DNA from: the human T2T-CHM13v2.0 reference genome, Homo sapiens
Assembly (NCBI RefSeq): GCF_009914755.1
Contig: NC_060928.1
Direction: 5' to 3' (one strand)
Length of the DNA: 64,000 bases
Of the stretch, positions 44,259-60,407 are shown piece after piece. The notes beneath the pieces were generated by a model. That model was not told the DNA's origin and made no database searches. It saw only the letters and a program-made list of their open reading frames with translations. Within the stretch, counting starts at the first letter, position 1; every line of letters starts with the position of its first letter. A program made the position numbers and the translations under genes.

Positions 44259-44987
44259 TTATTATCATTTTTTATTTCACCTAATGACTAAGGTATGATT
44301 CTATGTTTTATAGATAAGGAAACTGAAACTGAGGCTTTAATGACTTCCAAGGAGCTTGTCTGCCAGAAGTTGTAATCAACTTGTGCCAGCTGATCTGTCC
44401 ACACCCTCTATCCACAGGTGTTAGATATGTAACCTAGGTCTGAAAAATATTTAGAATATTCTTGTGATGAAAAGCTTGCAATTCCACAACACAGGGGAAT
44501 CAGCAAAATCATGGGAAAACCAATAGAATACATTTCTAACTCATGAATCATTCAGAGAAAAATCCAGTCTTGGGTTTTCCCTCCCCCTCATCCCATTTCT
44601 ATTCCTGATTAGTCATCATTTCCTGCCCAGCCTGTCTGAGATGTTTCTTCCATCCTTTCTTTTCCAGTAACAGTAACCTGGTGCGGGTCTACAGTATCTG
44701 TTATCTCAGCTGATTTCCTTTCTGCCTTTTCATGAACCAGAGACATGTGATTTCCAATTAAAGCACAGCCCTGACCATGTCTTTGCTCAGCTTACAAAAC
44801 GTCAACGGCTCGCAGCTATCCACCGAATTAAGCCTACTATAATCCCCTTCCTTCCACACTACAACCTATCCACGCATCTGTCCTCTTACTCCTTAGCTTC
44901 CATCTTACATGACTAAGAGTTGTTTCCCCAAATACACCCTTATTTACTTTTTTCATTTATAACTCACCACCACCCCCTCCAAAGTTT

Positions 44988-44993
44988 CACGTG
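44988..44993. promoter_or_regulatory. Canonical E-box CACGTG (candidate CLOCK/BMAL1 site)
   Basis: Exact CACGTG about 0.9 kb upstream of the ATG; NOCT is an established clock-controlled gene. Confidence 0.6.
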
Positions 44994-45365
44994 GGTAAAT
45001 TCTAGACCTCCACGTCATAGGCCAACTCAAATGCCAATCCTTCTAATGAACCTTCTAGAGAGCCCGGGCCTGTTGTCATCTCTATAGCCAATCTTTGGCA
45101 TCTTGTGGCAATAATCTCATTCTACCTTGTAGAGCTTTCTGGTCTGACTTCCCTTGCCACCTTCTGCTCCCTTTGCCTAAGTATAACACTTTTGAGGAAA
45201 AGAACGCTGTTTTAATCATCGTCGCCTCGCCCACAGGCGGTGCTTTATTGTGCTTAATATCGTTTAACGCATCACACACTGCCGAGGGGGTCGGAGGCGG
45301 ACGCCTTTTGCTGTATCCACACAGACCCGCGCAGGCACACACGTAGGCCGTCTGCCACTCTGACA

Positions 45366-45375
45366 GACACGTGTC
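45366..45375. promoter_or_regulatory. Canonical E-box in the extended palindrome GACACGTGTC
   Basis: CACGTG at 45368-45373, at the edge of the CpG island. Confidence 0.7.
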
Positions 45376-45746
45376 CCCTGGGCCACAGCCCTGGAACTGT
45401 CTCGGGATTCCCAGCCTGTGGGCGCTTCCATGCTGGCCAGCGGAAGGGGACGCTTTTTTCTTCAGAACAGCTCCAACGGATACCTCTTATTTTAGACCGC
45501 CTGCGGATTCTATCTATAAATCAGCCTAAGCCCCGCTTCCTTTTAAAACAGGATTACGCCGGGTCGAGGGAGCCTGGCGTGGCCGCGCAGTGGCCGGGTC
45601 CCGCGGATTCCCCTCCAGCTCCCGCTTGGTAGCGCCCGCTTTGTCAGCGCGCAGCGCTCGCCGGGCGCCCTGCAGGTCTCGCCAGGTCTCACAGCAGACG
45701 GTGCCGACGCAGCGGTGTTGCACCTCCCTCTCCGGCTCTGCTGCCC

Positions 45747-45756
45747 GGGATTTCCC
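45747..45756 (+). promoter_or_regulatory. NF-kB consensus site GGGATTTCCC
   Basis: Exact match to GGGRNWYYCC; related motifs at 45404-45412 and 45604-45613. Confidence 0.5.
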
Positions 45757-45896
45757 CAGAACCTGCGCCGCGCGAGAAGGAGCCTGGGAGCATCCGCCCA
45801 CACTGCCCGGACAGTCGGCTCGACTCGGTGCCCTCGGCCCCAGCCGGGCTCCGCTCCTCGGGCGCGCGAGGGGCCGTGGTGGCGGCGGCGCCCGGC

Positions 45897-46086
45897 ATGT
45901 TTCATAGTCCGCGGCGGCTCTGCTCGGCCCTGCTGCAGAGGGACGCGCCCGGCCTGCGCCGCCTGCCCGCCCCAGGGCTGCGCCGCCCGTTGTCCCCGCC
46001 GGCTGCTGTTCCCAGGCCCGCATCCCCCCGGCTGCTGGCGGCGGCCTCGGCGGCCTCGGGCGCCGCGAGGTCGTGTTCCCGAACAG
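45897..46086 (+). CDS. NOCT: Nocturnin (NADP(H) 2'-phosphatase, EEP/CCR4 family), coding part of exon 1; encodes the N-terminal mitochondrial targeting region (63 codons + 1 nt)
   Basis: The translation MFHSPRRLCSALLQRDAPGLRRLPAPGLRRPLSPPAAVPRPASPRLLAAASAASGAARSCSRT matches the human nocturnin N-terminus as I remember it. ATG at 45897 (ggcATGt); canonical donor CAG|GTGAGT at 46086/46087, phase 1; lies in a CpG island. The peptide has 11 Arg and 1 Asp, typical of a presequence. Confidence 0.96.
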
Positions 46087-46508
46087 GTGAGTGCACCCCA
46101 GTTCCGGGCGGAGAACGCCACGGCCGCCAACGCGCGGCCGCCACCTGGAGACCGCGCGGAATGAATGAGAAGCCCGGGGCTGCCGGTCGTGGAGTCTGGC
46201 CTGAAAGTGGGTCCTTTACCGGAGCAACCTTCTGCGTTCCCTTTTTCCTCTTTCCCTGTTCCCCGACTTGCCTGGGGCTTGCATCAAAGCTAGTAAGAAC
46301 TGGGAGACTGTATTCAGGTTCCCGCTTGACCCTTAGAGGCCATGCTTTCAGAATTTCTTGTTCTTGACCGTTAAATTTCCCCCTTCCGAGGCCGCGAGTT
46401 ACTATGTTGGTTACATTTTTTATTGCACGACTTAACGGAAATTTTTATGGAAAAAAAAATCTAAATGATGCTTATTTGCTTATATAGCTTTCATGGTCTA
46501 GATATTAA

Positions 46509-46790
<282 letters not shown>

Positions 46791-47108
46791 TGACCTCGTG
46801 ATCCACCCGCCTCAGCCTCCCAGAGTGCTGGGATCACAGGCATGAGCCACCGCGCTCGGCCATTTTACGTTTCTTTGGATTTTTTTTTTTTTTTTTTGGC
46901 GGCTTCCACTCTTTATAGTTAACATCATTTTTTGTCCTGTGTATCTAAGATCTTGTAAAAGTGAGGCCTTAGTTTCACCAAGAGCTGTTTTCATACATCA
47001 TAATAACTACCCTGAGTTTTCCTTTTTTGCTACCTCTGTTTCTGCCTGGGCACACATTACCATGGCCACAAATTACATACAAATTAATTATACTTTAAAA
47101 ATTGATAA

Positions 47109-47446
<338 letters not shown>

Positions 47447-48971
47447 TAAAATTTAAAAAAATAGGCCGGGCGCGGTGGCTCACGCCTGTAATCCAGCACT
47501 GTGGGAGGCGGAGGCGGGTAGATCACCCGAGGTCAGGAGTTCGTGACCATCCTGGCCAATGGGCTTGGGCGTGGTGGCACTCGCCTGTAATCCCAGCTAC
47601 TCTGGAGGCTGAGGCAGGAGAATCACTTGAACCTGGGAGGCGGAGTGTTGCAGTGAGCCGAGATCGCACCATTGCACTCCAGCCTGGGTGACAAGAGTAA
47701 AACTCCGTCTCAAAACAAAATTAATAAAAATTTTAAAAAATGTATATATTTTAAAAATGGTCATCTGGAATGTGATTGAAGCCAAGACTTTAAACTATTC
47801 GCATTGTTGGCATATATTTAGGTATTTCCCAATCTAGTATCAAACTCCTGGCCTCGAGTTATCCTCAGACTCTGGAGCAGTTGAGATTTGCAGGTGGAAG
47901 CCACCATGCCCAACTTAGTCATTTTAAAATTAGGATGTTGAATTGGTTGCTGGAGATTCTGAACTATATTGTTCCTTAGAGTGAACTTGACAGTTAGATT
48001 CCCCACCCCCACCCCCAATTTCGTAGGAATGTGGTACATTGTGAAATAACTGCCAGAATGAGTATATTGCCTGATAACTTTTTTCTTGCTGGAAATTTTA
48101 AGAACAACATTGTTAGAGGTTTGAGGTAGGAAAAGTAAAAGAAAACCAGGTGATGTCTTCTGTACCAGCTTATATCTTAAATTCCCTCAAAGTCTCAGAG
48201 GCAGGGTTAGCAGGTACCTCCTCATGGGAATACTGTTAGCTTGTGTAAAACATAGATGGCTGTGTTATCTGAGTAATTACTGTTATCTGAGTAATAATAT
48301 CAGGTCAGATTGGAATGTTGGGCTTTTGACCCAAGAAAGTGTTTAATGAACTTCTTTTAAGAAATCCCCTGAAACCCCCTAGTTTTACAGATAAGGAAAT
48401 TGAAGGACTTTATGGTACTTAAACTTTTGTAGGCAGTTACTATAAAGTCTAGACAATTTTCCTGTTCATGCATTTTTAGCTTCAGCAGCTTGTTGGAAGA
48501 AACATGCCTGCATTGATTCATTCATTGCTTGTTCACTCATTCCAGATCTTTACAGAATGTCTCACACAATGTAGGTGCTTTATTATGGGAGTTAAAAACA
48601 TGAGCTTTAGTCAGTCCCTAAGGAGTTTACTGCCCAGTAAGAGATGAGATTTGCACAATGAAATGGCTGTTTAATGAAATGAAACACCTTTTATTCTCTT
48701 GACTTGGAAATGGCACAAGGGTGCAGGAAAGCAGGAAGTCCCTTTTGGGCTTCTAGAAATGGGTGGCATTTCAGCTGGCTCTTGAAGCATGGTTAGGATT
48801 GGAAGAGATTACTATAAAGCGTTTTGTTTGGAAAAAGCAGGAGTAAATGCAGAAAGGCATGAGACACACACAGATGAGGAAGGGTGAGAGAAGAGGCACT
48901 TTGCAAAAATGGACATTGTTTTCCAAAGAGCCTCAGACCCAGCACTAAGTGCTTTTTAATTTTAATTTTAA

Positions 48972-49094
<123 letters not shown>

Positions 49095-51208
49095 TGAGCA
49101 GCTGTGACTACAGGCACACGCCACTGTGCCGGGCTAATTTTTGTATTTAGTAGAGACAGGATTTCAACGTGTTGCCCGGGCTCGTCTCAAACTCCCCAGC
49201 TCTGGTGATCCACCTGCTTTGGCCTTCCAAAGTGCTGGGATTACAGGTGTGAGCCACTGCGCCCAGCCTATGAAGTGCTTTTTTAAAATGCAGATTCTTG
49301 GATCCTACTGTAGACCTATTAAGTCTGAGTCATTCATGATGGGCCCTGGATTCCACATAACCAAATGAAATGACAAAAAGAATAACTCCAGATTGTTCTT
49401 CTATGCCCTCAAATTTGGACATCTGGCACCCATATGTGAGAGAGACATTGAAGGGGCCAAAAGCTCCTCTCCACTCCTGAGCCTTGTGGTGGGGAGTAGT
49501 GAGTCCCGACAGCTGTCCACATTTGCTAATCAGTTCCTGCATAACTTATGCCCCTTGGCAATTGGTAGTTATTGGGAAGATAAGTACAGTCCCTTTGGAG
49601 TTATCAGATTCCAGGTTGTTAGAATTAAAAGGTGACCCTAGGGATGATCTCGGTGTTTGGCTTTCTTTTCTCAAGGATAGCAGCCCCCCTAAGAAGTAGC
49701 AGTTGCCACAGTTACTGTACTGGATGAAACGCAGTTGGAAGTCATCTGTGGATTTATAAATGCTATCCTCCACATCCCTCCTCCTCAGAGAATGAAGAGC
49801 TGGCTGAACTACTGTTCTCTACCATTAGAACATTTGCTTTTTTTCATGGTACAATTTATAGGCAAATGCCACCAGCTCATTTGAGAAGGCAGCTTTATTT
49901 AATATGTCCTTTAACTATGTGAGTAAACTGCTTATGAGAGAGAAGAAACGGGAAAGCTTGTCATTATCAAGCTGCTATGGAATAAATTGCTTTCCTTGTG
50001 GGAAAACTAATGTATGATTTTTCTGTTAGCATTCAATGGCAACAGTTTAAACATGGTGAACTGGGGTTCTTTGGGGTTAATAACCATGGCTCCAGATTCA
50101 CATTCCACACACTTAACATTTGTAAATCATTTAACCTTGCTTGCTGTCTCAACACTAGACTTTACCTAGAACAAATGAATAAGATCAATTGATAGCAATT
50201 TATCCACAAGCTTTATTGAATAGTACATGTAAAAGGTGACATGACTAATTGCAGTGGGAGTTGAGAAGAAAGAAATCAGTGTGGCTGAATTTGTCAAGAA
50301 ATGCTTTGCTTCTAATAGGTGAAAAAGGAGGGTGTTTTGGAAGGGGACAGTTTGCGGGGTGGTGGGGGCAGGCAGAGAAGACCACACACACAATGCCTGG
50401 AAGAAGGTGGCGCTCGCATGCAGGAGCTGTGGCAAGCATCTTAGGAAAAGGGGTAGAGGCAGAATCATTTGGGACAGTTGTTAAAATGCAGATTTCTGGC
50501 CTTTCAGCCCTCTGCTTGATCAGTTTCCTGTGGAGAAGCCCGGTGGAGTGCATATTTAACAAGTGCCTCAGGGGATTCTTCCAAAAAGATTAGGGAGTAT
50601 TTATGAGCTCTGCCCCTCCTTTCCCCAAAGGTACTTATTCCTGGAAAGCTTGAGAAGCTCTGGAGAGGATTCTGGAAGAGCCTTAAGACCTTTGGTCTGG
50701 CCGGGCACAGTGGTTCACGCCTGTAATCCCAGCACTTTGGGAGGCCGAGGTGCGGATCACTTGAACTGAGGCATTCAAGACCAGCCTGGGCAACATGGTG
50801 AAACCCTGTCTCTACTTACATTAGAAAAAAAATAGCCAAGTGTGGTGGTGCACACCTGTACATCCCAGCTGCTTCGGAAACTGAGGCAGGAGAATCACTT
50901 GAACCCAGGAGGCGGAGGTATCAGTGAGCCGAGATTGCGCCATTGCACTCCAGCCTGGGCGACAGTAGGAGCAATACTCTGTCTCAAAAAAAAAAAAAAA
51001 AAAAGGATCTTTGAGCTTGGGGCCTAAGGCAGTTCAAGAGACCCCTGAGAAAGAACATTGACCCCCGAAAAAAGCAGCTTTAAAAAATTGTATATTTTGT
51101 CGAGACGGGTTTTGCCGTGTTGCCCAGGCTGGTCTCGAAATCCTGGGCTCAAGCAATCCTCCCGCCTCAGCCATCCAAAAGTGCTGAGATTACAGGCATG
51201 AGCCATCA

Positions 51209-51469
<261 letters not shown>

Positions 51470-51614
51470 TCAGTGAGAGGAAACTTGAGACTGAGGTTGT
51501 AATGGGAGTGTATCCATGTAGTCACTCTAAGTCACAACTTAGAGTAAAATGAGGTTTCTATGATGTTTACTAAAAGAAAAGTGAGGTAATTGTGTTCTGG
51601 CTTCTTGGAGTTAG

Positions 51615-52008
<394 letters not shown>

Positions 52009-52805
52009 TAAGTGGTGGTTATACTTCAGTAGATAATTAGAAATTTGAAGGACAGTGTGCCTGGGCGTTTAGCCTCATAGTAAACCTGTTTGGACTTCCA
52101 CGGAAAGCAGCTAAGATACTTTTTATTTATTGTTATTCTTAGAATGGGAGAAAATCAGCCTTCCCACGGAGGGAGTGAGACCTCAAGTGAAAACCTTAGC
52201 TGTCCTCTGTATCTATGTGGCCTCAAAGCAACACTTGAATCATATATTAATACTTAGCAAGAATTCAGTGTCAGGTATGTGGGCAACAGTGCCCAGGGGA
52301 AAGAAGGCTAAACAAAATTGGTACCATCCAATTTGAATGTCCTTATAACAATTTTTTTCTCCTTCCAGTATATAAAAAAATGCGTGGGTCCCATTCAGAT
52401 CTTCTGGATTTTAATATCTCCAAGTGGGGCCTGAGCATCTGCTGATTCTGACATAGGCTCCGGGTAGACAACAGCCACATATTGACAACACAGGCGGACA
52501 CCTGTGAGGAGGCTCGTTTTACTAAATGCTTAGAAGCCTATTCTAAGTCTCTCAGTGATGTGATTCTCCTGTCCAAAAGTTAGAGACCACTGTTGGATTG
52601 TGGAGAGTTGTGCAGAAAGGAAAATATTTATTTTATTTATTGTAGAGACAGGGTCTCACTGTGTTGCCCAGGCTGCTCTTGAGCTCTTGGCAAGTCCATG
52701 AAAATAAGTGCTTAGAAGTTACGATGCTGCCCGGGTACCGTGGCTCATGCCTGTAATCCCAGCACTTTGGGAGGCCAAGGAGGTGGGGGGAATCACTTGA
52801 GGTTA

Positions 52806-52982
<177 letters not shown>

Positions 52983-53415
52983 CTACAGCCTGGGCAACAC
53001 AGCAAGACTCCATCTCAAAAAAAAAAAAGAAGTTATGATGCATCCAAAGTGACAATAAGAATTGTTCCGGAAGGATATCTGGGAAATTCCTTGGTCTTGA
53101 TGCATCCTTTCTAGCTGTCTTCCTTTCCCTTTTCTATCTTTCCTCCAACTCTGAGGTTCCAGTACTTAAACAGCTCTGTTTGCCGATCTGCAAATATGCT
53201 TGTGACTGCAAATATCTTGTCTAGTACAGGGTGCAAAGTAAGTTACACTGCAGATTCTAATAATACCTGGGATATAATACTTTTCTATTTCCTCTTGTGT
53301 GTTTTGCTTTTATGGATGCTAATTATCATTGAAGGTCTGCTGAAGGAAAATGTTTATCTTTCAAATCTTGTAGGTCAAATAGACTCTCTGAGACTTAGTT
53401 CTAGAATTAGTTTAA

Positions 53416-53592
<177 letters not shown>

Positions 53593-54364
53593 TAGTAGAG
53601 ACGGGGTTTTGCCATGTTGGTCAGGCTGTTCTCGAACTCCTGACCTCAGGTGATACACCCGCCTCGGCCTCTCAAAGTGCTGGGATTACAGGCACCATGC
53701 CCGGCCTTGCCTCTGAACTTTTAAAGACCATTGTGAGTATTGATTATCTGTAGAAGCTTACAAGATTTCCTTATCTTTGGTATTCAAAAGATCCATCAGG
53801 TTGAATGTCTCAGCATCTGATGCGCCCATCCAATCTAAAGACATGCCTTAGCACATTAAAAGTTTGTATTGGTTGTCTACTGTATTGTCTCTTGTTCTCA
53901 TGTTCTTGAACTCCTGTTAGATTGTTGGCCATATGGATCTATCCTCCGTGTCTATTCATCCTTTTTTTTTTTTTTTTTTTTTAAATTATTTTAGAGACAG
54001 AGTCTCCACTTTGTCACCCAGGCTGGAGTGCACTGGTGTGATCATAGCTCACTGTAACCTCCAACTCCTGGGCTGAAGTGATCCTCCCACTTCAGCCTCT
54101 GAAGTAGCTGGGACTATAGGTGTGCTCCACCATGCCTACCTACTTTTATTTTTTTGTAGAGACACGGGTCTCAGCTCAGACTGGTCTCAAACTCCTGGGC
54201 TCAAGCAGTCCATCTGCTTCTGCCTCCCAAAGTACTGGATTACAAGCATGAGGCACCTAGCCAGGCCTCCATTCATATTTTAGTGTTTTTATCTCTTCTC
54301 TGTTGCATGAGATTTTCTGAAAATTTTTGTTCTGCAGTCATTTTAAATTCCTAGACATTTCTAG

Positions 54365-54886
<522 letters not shown>

Positions 54887-55431
54887 TGAGAGGGAGCAGG
54901 CTGGTAACTACCGCCTTTGTCAAAGAAAGGAGGGTTTCCTTCTATATTCTTCAGTCCAACCCCTTCCCCGCTTTTTAAAACCATCCTTGAGTTTCAGAGT
55001 TAGCTCCTGATCTGGTCTGCTTCTCTTTCAGGTCCATTCACCTTTGCAAGCCATTCTAAGGCTATCACCCATTTTCTTTGGGGTATTCTTTGGTTCTATG
55101 GAGCAACCAAAAGCCACCCTTCCCGGCTTTGTCTGTGAGAGAGGGGACACATGTAACTAGTGCCACCGTTCACTTTCATTCTTGAACGAATTGCCCTAAC
55201 AGTTACCCCCTCAGCTTCTCCTGCCCTTTCTATTTCTTGATTCAGCTTGGAGTTTCTTCAAGGTGCTCTTGGGAAAACCACATTTACCTTTGGTAACTTG
55301 TACTGCCCTTTCCTTCTGGTTTCTCTGTTAATTCAAACTTGTTTCTGTCTTCTTGGAATTCCTCCAAATATTTGCTCCATTGATGTCATGCATCCCTTCT
55401 TGTTTTCCAGTGTTATTGATGCATTCTTTAA

Positions 55432-55533
<102 letters not shown>

Positions 55534-55976
55534 TAGTGAAACCCTGTCTCTACTAAAAATACAAAAATTAGCCATGCGTGGTGGCGGGTGCCTGTAATCC
55601 CATCAGCGACTCAGAAAGCTGAGGGAGGAGAATTGCTTGAACCTGGGAGGCAGAGGTTTCAGTGAGCCGAGATGGCGCCATTGCACTCCAGACTAGGCAA
55701 CAGAGCGAGACTCCGTCTCAAAAAAAAAAAAAAAAATTTAAATATAGGCACTTTATTTCTTCAAGATCTTAGGAAGGAGAGAAAGTAAATGTATTTTCTA
55801 CTTTGCTGTCTTGGCCTAGAACCAACCTGCCCAATGATATGCAACATATTCTTTTTTTAATATGTGCCTTAACTATTCAAGCAATGCACTGGGAATTTGT
55901 ATATGAAAATTGTTTCCCCTCCTTTTTAAGTGACTAAACATCTTTTATTGGTTTTATGATATATATACAAATAGAC

Positions 55977-56002
55977 TAGTGGTGAGCATAGCTGCCTTCC
56001 AA
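55977..56002 (+). pseudogene. tRNA-Gly(TCC) 5'-half fragment, tailless retropseudogene
   Basis: TAGTGGTGAGCATAGCTGCCTTCCAA matches the D-arm to anticodon loop of tRNA-Gly-TCC. Flanking direct repeat caaatagacta (55968-55978) / caaatggacta (56000-56010). Confidence 0.8.
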
Positions 56003-56040
56003 ATGGACTATACAATTTTATTTTTTATTTATTTTTTTAG

Positions 56041-56357
<317 letters not shown>

Positions 56358-56422
56358 TGAACTCAAACCCCTGGGTTTAAGGGATCTTCCTGCCTCAGCC
56401 TCCCGAGTAGCTGAGACTATAG

Positions 56423-57577
<1,155 letters not shown>

Positions 57578-58425
57578 ATCTAGAGAGGACTCTGTACAGT
57601 CAGCAGAAGGCGCCTTATAGTTTCATATTTCCACTCACACTGTAAAAACACGTCATTTTTCCAAGTGTCCCAGAAATGTTAGTGATGGGAGATCACCAGA
57701 TTTTTAGGTTTTGCTTTTTCACATTTTTATTTCAGAGGATTGTGCTAGAAAAGCCCAGCTTGTGGAAATGATTTGTCAGCCAATAGACAATTGAGCACCA
57801 GTCGAACATGTTAAACTAAGCATTTATCATGGAGGGGATTCCCTTCTCTTTAGAGAGCTTTTCCATATGAGTCTGTCCTGGCTGAAGGTATGGTTCAGTC
57901 TTGTCTGGATGACGCTTCAGCTTTCTTGTCTGGTCTGTGACTGCCACCTGGCAAAGAGAGGTTGTTTGGATTGTCACACTCAGTCTAGGTGCTTGTAATT
58001 TTAGACACGTTAGGTTGAGAGTTCTGACCTTCACTTGATATCTCTGGTAATGCCAAGCGGGTCGTGGCACTGCTTTGTACACTCTGTGCTGTGGCAGTGT
58101 GTGTGTGCTGTGACGACAGTGACGTCGACAGATGGAGGAGGTGCAACTCGACCTCTGTTTCTTTCTGGCCTGAAGAATGGGCTGCTGTGTGCGCCTGGGG
58201 CTAGGCAGGACAGCTGCATCGCTGTTGCCCTGAGGCAGTATCAGCACAGCTGGAGATGCTGACGAGCAGCAGTCCAAGGTGCAGGTAACTTTCTCCAGGG
58301 CCAGCCCCCTTACTAGTTGTTCAATCTAGAGAAAGCTGTGCAGATACCCACTTCACCAGATTTGGGACAGAATAATGAAAATACATGGAAGCAGTCTGGC
58401 ACATTATCTCGAATGTTAATAATAG

Positions 58426-58785
<360 letters not shown>

Positions 58786-60407
58786 TGAAACAGAATAGCT
58801 AACATTTAGCTAATCACTTAGGATGTGCCAAGTACCTCTTGTTTAACTAAATTAATCCTCACAGTAACCAAATAAAATAGATTACACTTACCTATATGAA
58901 GAAGATAATGAAGAAGCAGAGAGGTAAATAAGTTATTCAGGATCCTATTAGTAAACAGTGGAGCCAGGATTTGGATTCAGGCAGCCTAACTTGAGTCCTT
59001 GCTTTAAGACTTTCTTGCCTCTGCGGAACCGCAGGCCGAACTTCCTGGAGAGAGCTGAGGCTTTAGCTATGAGGCTCAGTACTCGAGGCAGGCCTGTCAT
59101 ATTCAGTCAGTGGCACTCAATAACAGACTTGGAGACTGGTCGGTCACTAACTAAAATATTTGACTCCTGCCAGAAAGTAATACCTTCTTAACTTGGCACT
59201 TAGTTTATTTTTATTTTTATTTTAAATTTAATATAAGAGATGGGGTCTCACTACATTGCCCAGGCGGGTCTCGAGTTCCTGGGCTCAAGCGATCCTTCTG
59301 CCTAAATTGGCACTTAGAATCCAGTCTCTAGGATCTGGAAATTCATGTCATATAAGCCCACATCATGCAAAATTTGAAGGTGGCTGCATTCATTTGCCAG
59401 ATGGACCTTCAGGGGACGTGTCACATTGTTTGAGTTTTGATTTTCTAGCTGATGGGTGCGCACACCACAGTTTCACAAAAATTTAGAAAGAGTTACTTTT
59501 TTTCTTTTTGAGACAATCTTGCTCTGTCACCCAGGCTGGAGTGTAGTGGTGCAATCTTGGCTCACTGCAACCTCTGCCTTCCAGGTTCAAGCGATTCTCA
59601 TGCCTCAGCCTACTGAGTAGCTGGGATTACAGGGCTGCCACCACGCCCAGCTAATTTTTTTGTATTTTTAGTAGAGACAGGGTTGTTGGCCAGGCTGGTC
59701 TACTGACCTCAGGTGATCCACCTGCCTTGCCCTCTCAAAGTGCTGAGACTACAGGCGTGAGCCACCACGCCTGGCCTAGAGTTACGTTTAATGGTGACTT
59801 AGGACCTCATTACACTTTTGAACCTTAGTGTTCTTATCTATAAAGTGGTGTAAATAATGGCCAACAGGTTCTTGAGCAGGTAACTGGTTACAGCAAGTAA
59901 AAATGCTTGGTATACCATAAAATGCTCCACCAATAAAAGGTGGTCCTCCATCAGTGTTTGACAGAATTTCTTGGTACTTTGCTGTCACTTGCCATCTTTT
60001 ATTAACATTGTTTAAAGCACTGGGCTGGATCCTGGGGGAAATGGTAAATAAGGGAAACAGTCCCTGCCCTTGGGAGGCTTAAAGTCTCATGAGTAAAGGA
60101 CAGAGATTGTGGTGCAAATATCCAAGGGTACCCTAAGTAGGAAAAATGGGCCAGGTATAAGAAAAGGAGAGCCATTGGTTGATCCATAGAGCTAAGCCTG
60201 GTTGCTATGAATCTTTATTGATTCCTTCAATATATATTAAATAAATATATTGTATATCCAACATCCAGGCTGCTTTATGTTGGTGGTTATCTTGTGTGAA
60301 TTCTCGTTTGTATTGAAGATGGCCAGGTATTCTGGAACCTACTCTAAGAAGGCTAATGAAAATCAGCTGCTAAATTAGCTTAGTTTTTGTGAGGTGTTCA
60401 ACACGCA

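Larger units (their letters stand above)
45270..46230. promoter_or_regulatory. CpG island, NOCT promoter and 5' UTR
   Basis: Abrupt GC- and CpG-rich, repeat-free segment surrounding exon 1; boundaries approximate. Confidence 0.92.

Noticed and set aside
45515-45521. TATAAAT as the NOCT TATA box
   Set aside because: It is about 380 nt upstream of the ATG, probably too far from the expected start site (about 200 nt upstream, from memory). CpG-island promoters are usually TATA-less.
45526-46164. Overlapping 105-195 aa ORFs on both strands
   Set aside because: Expected from stop-codon scarcity in a GC-rich CpG island; low-complexity R/A/P/G composition.
45828-46367. 179-aa ORF as a single-exon protein
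   Set aside because: It starts at a GTG and reads through the canonical donor at 46087. Only 45897-46086 matches nocturnin.
55000-55300. Strong acceptor ttctctttcAG at 55030-55031 as NOCT exon 2
   Set aside because: The downstream translation does not give the expected VCSMGTG sequence, and no convincing partner donor is present.
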